NCBI RefSeq assembly: GCF_001945605.1
Contig: NZ_MPKA01000083.1
Location: 1-25,023 of the forward strand
DNA length: 25,023 nucleotides
Source of the DNA: Dubosiella newyorkensis
GTDB taxonomy: Bacteria > Bacillota_I > Bacilli_A > Erysipelotrichales > Erysipelotrichaceae
Direction of reading: 5' to 3'
Below, in pieces: positions 15,856-25,023 of the stretch (positions are counted from its first letter, which is position 1; the number at the start of each line of letters is the position of its first letter). The translations under genes were made by a program, and so were the position numbers. The notes below the pieces were generated by a model. That model did not search any database. It was not told the DNA's origin and saw only the letters and a program-made list of their open reading frames with translations.

Positions 15856-17184
15856 TTACTTTCCTAAGCAGAATTTAGAAAATAAAGTATCGAGCAAGTC
15901 GTCTCTAGAAACCTCTCCTAAAATTTCTTTGAGGTGGTCATGGGCGCTCTGAATATCGATTTCGATCAAATCAGGCTCTGTTTCTAGTTCCATGGCTTGT
16001 TTCGCTCTCATCATATCTTCCTTCGCTAAATGGAGTAAACCAATTTGCCTCTCATTAGACAAAAGAGGCTTTTCAGATAATACATTTTCTTCATAGAGCT
16101 TTTCAAGAGCGTTTAGCAAAGATTGGATCTTTTTTTCTTTCGCGCAGATCACGATCCCCTCTTCAGGGATTTTTTTCACAAGATCGGACTTATTATAAAG
16201 ACAAAGTCGAAGTTTATCTTTCGTGAGCGACAAAAGTCGGCGATCTTCTTCATCGAGCGGTTTTGAAGCATCGAACACTAAAAGGACGAGCTGCGCTTTT
16301 TCTAGCATCTGCTCTGATTTTTGAATGCCGATCTTCTCGATCGTATCTTTCGCTTCTCGGATCCCGGCCGTGTCTATCAAATTCAAACGAACCCCTTTGA
16401 CTTGGATCTGGCCTTCCACGATATCGCGAGTTGTTCCTGCAATATCTGTCACGATCGCTTTTTCTTCGTCGAGAAGAGCATTGAGAAGCGAACTCTTTCC
16501 TACATTGGGCTGGCCAAGGATCACTGTATCGATTCCATTTTTCGCGACTTGTCCACTCTTAGCCCGAACCAAGATCTGATCGATCTTTTCTAGCCATGCA
16601 TTCGTTTTAGGAAGTAGTTTTGAAAATGTGAGTTCTTCCACATCCTCATATTCAGGATAATCGATATTCACTTCGATCGTTGCGATGATGTCCATCAAAT
16701 CATCGATCAATGGTTCTAAAAGCGCGCGTATGGAGCCTCGTACTCCTTCGATCGCAAGCTGAGCGGAAGCGTCGCTGTTCGCTTCGATCAACTCTTCGAC
16801 AGCTTCTGCTTGGGCGAGATCGATCCGGCCATGATAAAAAGCCCGCTGGGTAAATTCGCCCGGTCTTGCAAGTCGAGCCCCTCTTTGAAGGAGAAGGCCT
16901 AAGATCTTGCGCGTGATAAAAACGCCACCATGCGCATTGATTTCTACAACATCCTCTCGAGTATATGTTTTTGGCGCACGAAATACAGAAACGAGCACTT
17001 CATCCACGAGAGTATCGTTATCATATATATATCCATAGGTAATCGTATGCGATTCTTTTTGACTGAGATCTTTTGAAAAGATGGAGTTTACGATAGGCAA
17101 GGCGTCTTCGCCACTGATTCGAATGATGGAGATCGCGCCTTCTTGCAGCGGAGTCGAAATTGCTGCGATCGTATCTGAAAACAT
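15856..17184 (-). CDS. mnmE: tRNA modification GTPase MnmE
   Basis: 442 aa. The N-terminus is 'TIAAISTP', the G1 motif is 'GQPNVGKSSLLNAL' and the sequence includes 'DTAGIRE'. The C-terminus is 'FCLGK'. Confidence 0.95.
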   Translation of the reverse strand: MFSDTIAAISTPLQEGAISIIRISGEDALPIVNSIFSKDLSQKESHTITYGYIYDNDTLVDEVLVSVFRAPKTYTREDVVEINAHGGVFITRKILGLLLQRGARLARPGEFTQRAFYHGRIDLAQAEAVEELIEANSDASAQLAIEGVRGSIRALLEPLIDDLMDIIATIEVNIDYPEYEDVEELTFSKLLPKTNAWLEKIDQILVRAKSGQVAKNGIDTVILGQPNVGKSSLLNALLDEEKAIVTDIAGTTRDIVEGQIQVKGVRLNLIDTAGIREAKDTIEKIGIQKSEQMLEKAQLVLLVFDASKPLDEEDRRLLSLTKDKLRLCLYNKSDLVKKIPEEGIVICAKEKKIQSLLNALEKLYEENVLSEKPLLSNERQIGLLHLAKEDMMRAKQAMELETEPDLIEIDIQSAHDHLKEILGEVSRDDLLDTLFSKFCLGK

Positions 17185-17288
17185 AAGAAACCTCCTTTAG
17201 AATGAGTTTATTCTATCATGGAATCTCAAAGAGTGTTTGAAAGAAAAAATGGACAAAAAATGTTAAAATAGGGACTAAGGAGCGAATT

Positions 17289-17906
17289 ATGAAAAAACTG
17301 ACATGGGATGATACCGAAGAAATCGTGGAAGGACTCAATCAGCATAAGATTTACGCGTTTCCTACCGATACAGTGTATGGGGTTGGCGTGGCATATGGTG
17401 ATTTGAACGATTTGACTTCCCTTAAACATACGAAGCATCGACCAGAAGAAAAGCCGATCCCGATGATGGTCTCCAACCTGGAGCAGATCGAATCGGTCGC
17501 TCAGATCGATCCATTGGCCAAATGGTTGATTAAAGAGTGGATGCCGGGGGCCTTTACGATCGTTTTGCCTTTAAAACAAAATGTATCGAAAGAATATACA
17601 AATGGAAAAGATACGATTGCGATCCGGATGCCGGATTCAGCAAAGCTGCTTGGATTGATTGAACGATTAGGGAGGCCGATGATGGTCTCATCGGCGAATC
17701 AGTCCGGAGAAGCAAGCGCGCTCACTTATGAAGAAGCAGCGCAAGCATTGCCAATGATCGAGGGGGTCGTCGATGGTCAATGCCTGGGGGGAGTTGCGAG
17801 CACGATCGTTTCTTGTTCGAATGGTATTCCAGTTGTTTTGCGAGAAGGACCGATCCGTAAAGAAGAAATCATTCAATCATGCAGGAGAGGAGGATTTGAA
17901 TGGTAA
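17289..17906 (+). CDS. tsaC: L-threonylcarbamoyladenylate synthase (TsaC/YrdC-type, single domain)
   Basis: 205 aa with 'YAFPTDTVYGVG', 'MVSSANQSGE' and 'STIV'. Confidence 0.85.
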   Translation: MKKLTWDDTEEIVEGLNQHKIYAFPTDTVYGVGVAYGDLNDLTSLKHTKHRPEEKPIPMMVSNLEQIESVAQIDPLAKWLIKEWMPGAFTIVLPLKQNVSKEYTNGKDTIAIRMPDSAKLLGLIERLGRPMMVSSANQSGEASALTYEEAAQALPMIEGVVDGQCLGGVASTIVSCSNGIPVVLREGPIRKEEIIQSCRRGGFEW

Positions 17907-18733
17907 GGATCATTACGGATACGACATGCGATATCGTTCCTGAACAATGGCAAGTGCTAGGTATCGATGTCGTTCCATTGAATATTGAATTTGATGATTG
18001 CACGTATAAAGATCGAATCGAGCTTTCACCCGATGATCTCTATGAAAAACTTTCTTCATTGGATCATTTGCCAAAAACTTCACAGCCAGCTCCTGGCGCG
18101 TTTTTGGATCTCTACAACAAATATCCAGAAGAAGAGATCGTGGTTCTTCCTTTATCGAAAGGGTTGTCGGGAACGTATCAAAGTGCGTTGCTGGCAAAAG
18201 AGATCTCTGAGCGAGAAGACATTTATGTAGTCGATACGAATTTTACTTCCCAAGGGCTTCGTTGGATGGTCTATGAAGCGATCAAAATGCGCGATGAAGG
18301 AAAAAGCGCGTCAGAAATAGCCGAAGCGATCCAAGAAATGAAGGATCATATTCGTTTGATCGCGATCGTCGATAAACTGGATTACTTATATAAAGGCGGT
18401 CGTATTTCAGAGGCGGCGATGTTAGCTGGGAATTTTATCAAACTGCATCCGATCATTGGATTGGAAAACGGAAAAATTTCCATGTTTTCCAAAGCGCGCG
18501 GAAAAAAACAAGCAGTCAAGGAGATCCAGAAGCTTATGAAGGAGCATGATATTGTCTTAGACAAAGCGTACTTTGGCTATTCTGGCCCCTATAAGCCAGA
18601 AGAAATGGAAGACTTTATTGAAGAGATGAAAAAAGGGTATCCATTTCAAGATGTGGACGTCTCCCAGATTGGCTCGCTAGTCGGCACCCATACAGGACCG
18701 GGATTAAAATGTATAGTCTTTTATTATAAATAA
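17900..18733 (+). CDS. DegV-family fatty-acid-binding protein (FakB-like), copy 1
   Basis: 'PKTSQPAPGAF', 'LSGTYQSA' and 'YLYKGGRIS' are present. The start overlaps the tsaC stop (ATGGTAA). Confidence 0.9.
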   Translation: MVRIITDTTCDIVPEQWQVLGIDVVPLNIEFDDCTYKDRIELSPDDLYEKLSSLDHLPKTSQPAPGAFLDLYNKYPEEEIVVLPLSKGLSGTYQSALLAKEISEREDIYVVDTNFTSQGLRWMVYEAIKMRDEGKSASEIAEAIQEMKDHIRLIAIVDKLDYLYKGGRISEAAMLAGNFIKLHPIIGLENGKISMFSKARGKKQAVKEIQKLMKEHDIVLDKAYFGYSGPYKPEEMEDFIEEMKKGYPFQDVDVSQIGSLVGTHTGPGLKCIVFYYK

Positions 18734-18833
18734 GCGCTTTCACTTTCTGAAAGTGCTTTTTATATATTTTTTTTAAGTATTTGTTGACTGAAACAGAAAT
18801 ATAATTAAAATATTTTAAGTAAATGGAGGACAT

Positions 18834-19268
18834 GTGATCAATCAAGAGTTTAAATATGTATATGACCTTTTTCGAGAGAGTTTTTATGAAAGTCTTTGTT
18901 CGAAGGAGCTGAGTTTGCCAGAAGCGTTCAGTATCGATGTGATCGAATTGTTGCAAGAGCCAACGATCCTCGAATATGCCAACTATATGCATATATCGCA
19001 ATCCAATGCGACCTACAAGATCAATCAATTGATCGCAAAAGGCTATGTAGAAAGAGTGGAATCGAAGACGGATAAAAGAAGTGCGCACTTAAAGGTGACG
19101 CCAAAAGCAAAAAGGCTCTATCGAAAAAATGACGAATATATCGAAAGCGTGATGAATCATATTCGAAATAGTTACACCTATGAGCAAGTCCTGCTTTTAG
19201 AAACGATGCTAAAAGAAATAGCGAAAGAAATGGAAAGGGAAAAAGACCATGGTAAAACTCATTGTTGA
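18834..19268 (+). CDS. MarR-family transcriptional regulator
   Basis: GTG start after GGAGGA. The winged helix reads 'ILEYANYMHISQSNATYKINQLIAKGYVERVESKTDKRSAHLKVT'. Confidence 0.8.
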   Translation: MINQEFKYVYDLFRESFYESLCSKELSLPEAFSIDVIELLQEPTILEYANYMHISQSNATYKINQLIAKGYVERVESKTDKRSAHLKVTPKAKRLYRKNDEYIESVMNHIRNSYTYEQVLLLETMLKEIAKEMEREKDHGKTHC

Positions 19269-20079
19269 TTCTGCGAGCGACTATACGCTAGAAGAAATCA
19301 AAAAAAAGGAACTCTCACTCGTTCCGATGGAAATCGAATGTCAAGGAAAAAACTATAAAGATCGGATCGATATAGAACCAGACGCTTTTTATGACTTGCT
19401 TTTAGAAAGCCCGTCGCTACCTAAAACGTCGCAGCCTTCTCCTGGCGCCTTTTTGAAGGCGTACGATGAATGGGAGCATGAGATTGTTGTGATCCCGATC
19501 GCCAAAGAATTGTCAGGAACCTATCAGTCTGCGGTTCTCGCCAAAGAAATGAGCGAGCGCGAAAATATTGAAGTGCTCGATTCAAAACAAGTCACACTTT
19601 CTTTGCGTCTACTTGTCGAGGAAGCGATCCGTCTTCGTGACGAAGGAAAAAACGCGAAAGAAATCAAAAAAGAGCTAGATGCTTTGAAAGAAAGAACTCA
19701 TCTTTTAGCGATCGTCGACACGTTAGAATATTTGTATAAGGGAGGGCGTTTATCGAAGGCGGCCTACATGGCAGGAAACTTCTTGAAGATCAAGCCGATC
19801 ATAAGCGTTATCGACGGAAAGGTGGAGGTGATCTCGAAGGCTCGCAGCAAGAAAACGATCCTTTCGGAAATCACAAAACAACTCGAAGAACAGGGGGCCG
19901 ATCTATCAAACGTGTATTTTGGATATACGGGAAAGACGCACGATATTTCTTGGTTCACAGACGCTCTCGCTTCTAAATTTTCGCTCCAGGATCCTACAAT
20001 ATATCAAGTAGGGGCGGCGATCGGGACCCATGCTGGCCCTGGCGCGATCGCAATCGCGTATGCAGCCAAATCCAATTGA
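19249..20079 (+). CDS. DegV-family fatty-acid-binding protein (FakB-like), copy 2
   Basis: 'PKTSQPSPGAF', 'LSGTYQSA' and 'YLYKGGRLS' are present. It overlaps the marR 3' end by 20 nt. Confidence 0.9.
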   Translation: MVKLIVDSASDYTLEEIKKKELSLVPMEIECQGKNYKDRIDIEPDAFYDLLLESPSLPKTSQPSPGAFLKAYDEWEHEIVVIPIAKELSGTYQSAVLAKEMSERENIEVLDSKQVTLSLRLLVEEAIRLRDEGKNAKEIKKELDALKERTHLLAIVDTLEYLYKGGRLSKAAYMAGNFLKIKPIISVIDGKVEVISKARSKKTILSEITKQLEEQGADLSNVYFGYTGKTHDISWFTDALASKFSLQDPTIYQVGAAIGTHAGPGAIAIAYAAKSN

Positions 20080-20104
20080 CAAAATAGAATAAGTTATGTA
20101 CGAT
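20076..20104 (+). promoter_or_regulatory. putative promoter of the lysS leader (TTGACA-17-TACGAT)
   Basis: -35 TTGACA at 20076-20081 and -10 at 20099-20104, with TG immediately upstream. Confidence 0.45.
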
Positions 20105-20105
20105 T

Positions 20106-22288
<2,183 letters not shown>

Positions 22289-22303
22289 GACTTCTATAAA
22301 TTG

Positions 22304-22340
22304 AACGATGAAGATCAAGTATCGATCTTCATCGTTTTAT
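22304..22340 (+). terminator. rho-independent terminator after lysS
   Basis: 12-bp stem acgatgaagatc/gatcttcatcgt followed by ttttat. Confidence 0.75.
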
Positions 22341-22431
22341 AGATTGTGTGATTTTCTTTGTAAAAGGTGTTAGAAGTCAAAGCCCGTATTCACTACAATA
22401 AAGATAAATCAAACATAAAGGAGAGGAAGAA

Positions 22432-24111
22432 ATGGAAACTAGAAAAGATTGGTGGAAAAATAGTGTGATTTATCAAATCTATCCGCGAAGCTTCATGGAT
22501 TCGAATGGAGATGGGATCGGCGATCTGAATGGGATCCGCCAGAAATTGGATTACTTGAAGCTTTTAGGTGTGGATGTGCTATGGCTTTCCCCTGTTTATG
22601 CTTCGCCAAACGCGGACAATGGATACGATATTTCCGATTATCGCGCGATCATGGAAGACTTTGGAACGATGGAGGATTTTGACGCCTTCTTAGCGGAAGC
22701 CCATGAAAAAGGATTGAAGATCGTTATGGATCTTGTGGTCAATCATACTTCGGATGAGCATGCTTGGTTCTTGGAGGCACGATCTTCCAAAGAAAATCCG
22801 TATCGGGATTATTATATTTGGAAAGATGGAGATACGGAACCAAACAATTGGGGCTCCGTTTTTTCGGGATCGGCTTGGGAGAAGGATGAGGCGACAAATC
22901 AATGGTATTTGCATCTTTTCGCGACAAAGCAGCCCGATCTGAACTGGGAAAATGAAAAAGTTCGTCAAGAAGTGTATTCCATGATGACGTGGTGGCTCGA
23001 TAAAGGCGTAGATGGTTTTCGGATGGATGTGATCAATTTGATTTCAAAAGATCAACGCTTCTTGGACGCTCCGACCTATGGAGGTTTATATGGGAATTCG
23101 ATGATCTATACAGCAAACGGACCGCGCGTTCACGAATTCTTGAAAGAAATGAATCGCAATGTTTTATCGAAGTACGATATCGTGACAGTTGGAGAAGCGC
23201 CTGGAGTCACGGTAGAAGAGGCGAAGAAATATACGAGTGCAGATGAAAATGAATTGAACATGGTATTTCAATTTGAAATGATGTCGATCGACCAAGGTGA
23301 ATATGGAAAATGGACACCTATTCCTTTTGACTTAAGGAAAATGAAGCAAAACTTCAAAAAGTGGCAAGAGGGATTGGCGGATCAAGGCTGGAACTCTTTA
23401 TATTGGAACAATCATGATCAGCCTCGAATCGTATCCCGTTTTGGGAACGCGAGCGAAGAATGGCGCAAAAAGTCCGCGAAAATGTTAGGACTCTGTCTCC
23501 ATATGCATCAAGGAACGCCATATATTTATCAAGGCGAAGAGATCGGAATGACAAATGTTCGTTTTGATTCGATCGAGGATTATAAGGATGTAGAGATCTT
23601 GAACGCGTATAAGGAGCTTGTGAAGGATTCGAAACGATTAAGCGAGGATACGTTTATGGAAGGGGGTTATCGAATGTCCAGAGACAATGCGAGAACGCCA
23701 ATGCAGTGGAACGATCAGAAAAACGGTGGTTTCTCAAGCGGACAGCCATGGATCGGCGTGAATCCGAATTATCGAACGATCAATGCGGAAGAAGCGTTAG
23801 CAGACCCTGATTCGGTTTTCTATTTTTATCAAAAGCTCATCGATTTGAGACATAAACTTCCGATTCTCACAAATGGTGTCTATAAACAATATTTGGAAGA
23901 AGATGAAAACGTGTATGTTTTTTCTCGAGAAGGAGAGAATGAATCGCTTGTCGTGTTGTGCAACTTTTCTCGATCCCCACAGCATGTCGTTTTACCGGAT
24001 GAACTTGTAGGAAATGCTCAGCTGCTTTTGAGCAACGAGGAAGAAAAAGAGCTTCAGAAGGAGATGGATCTTACACCATACGAAGGGATCGTTTATCAAA
24101 TCAAAAAATAA
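22432..24111 (+). CDS. GH13 alpha-glucosidase (oligo-1,6-glucosidase / DexB-like)
   Basis: 559 aa with 'WWKNSVIYQIYPRSFMDSNGDGIGDLNGI', 'DLVVNHTSDEH', 'GFRMDVIN' and 'YWNNHDQPR'. Confidence 0.9.
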   Translation: METRKDWWKNSVIYQIYPRSFMDSNGDGIGDLNGIRQKLDYLKLLGVDVLWLSPVYASPNADNGYDISDYRAIMEDFGTMEDFDAFLAEAHEKGLKIVMDLVVNHTSDEHAWFLEARSSKENPYRDYYIWKDGDTEPNNWGSVFSGSAWEKDEATNQWYLHLFATKQPDLNWENEKVRQEVYSMMTWWLDKGVDGFRMDVINLISKDQRFLDAPTYGGLYGNSMIYTANGPRVHEFLKEMNRNVLSKYDIVTVGEAPGVTVEEAKKYTSADENELNMVFQFEMMSIDQGEYGKWTPIPFDLRKMKQNFKKWQEGLADQGWNSLYWNNHDQPRIVSRFGNASEEWRKKSAKMLGLCLHMHQGTPYIYQGEEIGMTNVRFDSIEDYKDVEILNAYKELVKDSKRLSEDTFMEGGYRMSRDNARTPMQWNDQKNGGFSSGQPWIGVNPNYRTINAEEALADPDSVFYFYQKLIDLRHKLPILTNGVYKQYLEEDENVYVFSREGENESLVVLCNFSRSPQHVVLPDELVGNAQLLLSNEEEKELQKEMDLTPYEGIVYQIKK

Positions 24112-24137
24112 AAAAGCTTGTTGGTTGAAGAAAATAT

Positions 24138-24176
24138 AAAAAGCGTAGATATCGCTGCGAAATCTACGCTTTTTAT
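24138..24176 (+). terminator. rho-independent terminator after the GH13 gene
   Basis: Stem agcgtagat/atctacgct is flanked by an A-run and a T-run. Confidence 0.75.
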
Positions 24177-24186
24177 ATTTCAGCCA

Positions 24187-24221
24187 AAATAAAAACTTAC
24201 GAGCATGTATAGCCGTAAGTT
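24187..24221 (-). terminator. rho-independent terminator of the tRNA operon
   Basis: On the minus strand, stem acttacg/cgtaagt is followed by tttttatttt. Confidence 0.65.
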
Positions 24222-24230
24222 ACTTTCAAA

Positions 24231-24304
24231 TGGAGCAGGTGATGAGAATCGAACTCACGTAGTCAGCTTGGAAGGCTGAAGTTCTACCATTGAACTACAC
24301 CTGC
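24231..24304 (-). tRNA. tRNA-Gly (anticodon TCC)
   Basis: The reverse complement reads GCAGGTGTAGTTCAATGGTAGAAC-T-TCAGC-CTTCCAA-GCTGA...CACCTGCTCCA. The cloverleaf fits and CCA is encoded. Confidence 0.9.
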
Positions 24305-24313
24305 GAATAAAAA

Positions 24314-24389
24314 TGGTGACCCGTGGGCGATTCGAACGCCCGACCCTTTGATTAAAAGTCAAATGCTCTACCAGCTGAGCTAACGGGTC
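24314..24389 (-). tRNA. tRNA-Lys (anticodon TTT)
   Basis: The reverse complement reads GACCCGTTAGCTCAGCTGGTAGAGCATTTGACTTTTAATCAAAGGGTCGGGCGTTCGAATCGCCCACGGGTCACCA. The anticodon loop is CTTTTAA and the discriminator is A. Confidence 0.9.
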
Positions 24390-24392
24390 ACA

Positions 24393-24468
<76 letters not shown>

Positions 24469-24476
24469 ATTAAACA

Positions 24477-24552
24477 TGGTGGAGGCTAACGGGCTCGAAC
24501 CGCTGACCCTCTGCTTGTAAGGCAGACGCTCTCCCAACTGAGCTAAGCCTCC
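24477..24552 (-). tRNA. tRNA-Val (anticodon TAC)
   Basis: The reverse complement reads GGAGGCTTAGCTCAGTTGGGAGAGCGTCTGCCTTACAAGCAGA...AGCCTCCACCA. Confidence 0.9.
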
Positions 24553-24572
24553 GTGTTTCTTAACGCTCATTT

Positions 24573-24601
24573 ATAATATATCGAGAATCTAATTCTGTCA
24601 A
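24573..24601 (-). promoter_or_regulatory. promoter of the tRNA operon (TTGACA-17-TATTAT, minus strand)
   Basis: The minus strand reads gcgTTGACAgaattagattctcgataTATTATaaatg. -35 is at 24596-24601 and -10 at 24573-24578. Confidence 0.6.
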
Positions 24602-24620
24602 CGCTTTTCGCAAAATTTTT

Positions 24621-24667
24621 TTAAAAAAAGTAAAAGCTACCAAAGGAGGATAAAACCTGGTAGCTTT
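24621..24667 (-). terminator. strong hairpin with T-run on the minus strand, with no gene assigned upstream of it
   Basis: Stem aaagctacca/tggtagcttt (24633-24642 / 24658-24667) is followed on the minus strand by tacttttttt. Confidence 0.5.
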
Positions 24668-24826
24668 CGGGAGAGTTGAAAACATCTGTTGATGGGACAA
24701 ATACTTTCGTTGGCTGTAACAGTCAGCGATGGAGTATACTGACTGTTCCCCTATTTAAACACATCCCGTCTTTACGGGTTTAGCACCATTTTTTTTGACC
24801 TCTTATCCTCATATACTATCTGTTTA

Positions 24827-24851
24827 TCCCTTATTTAAAGGGATTTTTTTT
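24827..24851 (+). terminator. hairpin plus T9 on the plus strand upstream of the transposase promoter
   Basis: tccctt-attta-aaggga followed by ttttttttt. Confidence 0.45.
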
Positions 24852-24864
24852 GTGCATCTTTTTT

Positions 24865-24891
24865 TTGAATTATTTTTTTATATGCTATAAT
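24865..24891 (+). promoter_or_regulatory. putative extended -10 promoter of the transposase gene
   Basis: TTGAAT at 24865-24870 and TGcTATAAT at 24883-24891. The spacer is short (15 nt). Confidence 0.4.
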
Positions 24892-24927
24892 AATGATGTT
24901 AAGGTGTTTTACACGGAGGACGTTTTC

Positions 24928-25023
24928 ATGGCTTATTTCCTTAAAAAATCGCATCTCAAAAATGGCTTGTATCTTCAGATCTATTTCTCTTTCCGCGATC
25001 CCGAAATCAAAGAGACCCGCCAC
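24928..25023 (+). CDS. 5' end of an IS transposase gene (IS1634/IS4-like N-terminus), truncated by the window edge
   Basis: GGAGG lies 9 nt upstream of ATG 24928. My translation is MAYFLKKSHLKNGLYLQIYFSFRDPEIKETRH. The 'KxGxYLQIxxSxxD' opening resembles IS1634-type transposases; this rests on my recall only. Confidence 0.45.
   Translation, partial: MAYFLKKSHLKNGLYLQIYFSFRDPEIKETRH

Noticed and set aside
18805-18818. 14-bp perfect palindrome TTAAAATATTTTAA upstream of marR as a MarR operator
   Set aside because: It consists only of A and T within an AT-rich promoter, so it could easily arise by chance. It is noted only as a candidate site for an EMSA.
18615-19088. 157-aa minus-strand ORF
   Set aside because: It is antisense to the degV1 3' end and marR. 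It spans a promoter/terminator region, and its composition is not protein-like.
24835-25023. 62-aa minus-strand ORF at the window edge
   Set aside because: It is antisense to the transposase 5' end and runs through the AT-rich promoter. The plus-strand ORF has a clear GGAGG RBS.

Overview
The window looks like a chromosomal segment from a low-GC Gram-positive (Bacillota-type) genome. The signals for this are a T-box leader, cre boxes, DegV/FakB genes, CCA-encoding tRNAs and sigma-A type promoters.

Left to right:
- An IS630-type HTH ORF abuts a truncated sugar-phosphate isomerase gene.
- Next come a small Phd/YefM-like ORF and a solitary tRNA-Glu(CUC).
- An orphan CI/LexA-like (HTH+S24) repressor module follows, with a downstream membrane protein and divergent small ORFs.
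- Then a membrane pyrophosphatase (hppA).
- Then a LicR-type PRD activator with a lactose/cellobiose-family PTS (IIB-IIC-IIA).
- Then two tandem paralogous proteins of unknown family, a second IIB gene and a ROK kinase.
- Then housekeeping and accessory genes: metallophosphoesterase, Cof-type HAD, AKR-ferredoxin, DUF1622-like protein, mnmE and tsaC.
- Then degV-marR-degV.
- Then a T-box-controlled lysS carrying an extra C-terminal tRNA-binding domain, and a GH13 alpha-glucosidase.
- Then a Val-Thr-Lys-Gly tRNA operon on the minus strand.
- The window ends in the 5' end of an IS transposase gene.

No rRNA genes or CRISPR arrays were seen.

Most interesting points:
- The unknown paralog pair sits inside the PTS locus.
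- The two IIB genes are 98% identical as protein but differ in 43 of 102 codons.
- LysRS is fused to a tRNA-binding domain.
- The repressor switch has no phage genes around it.
- GATC is about 3-4 fold enriched in native genes and less so in the IS-derived ends.
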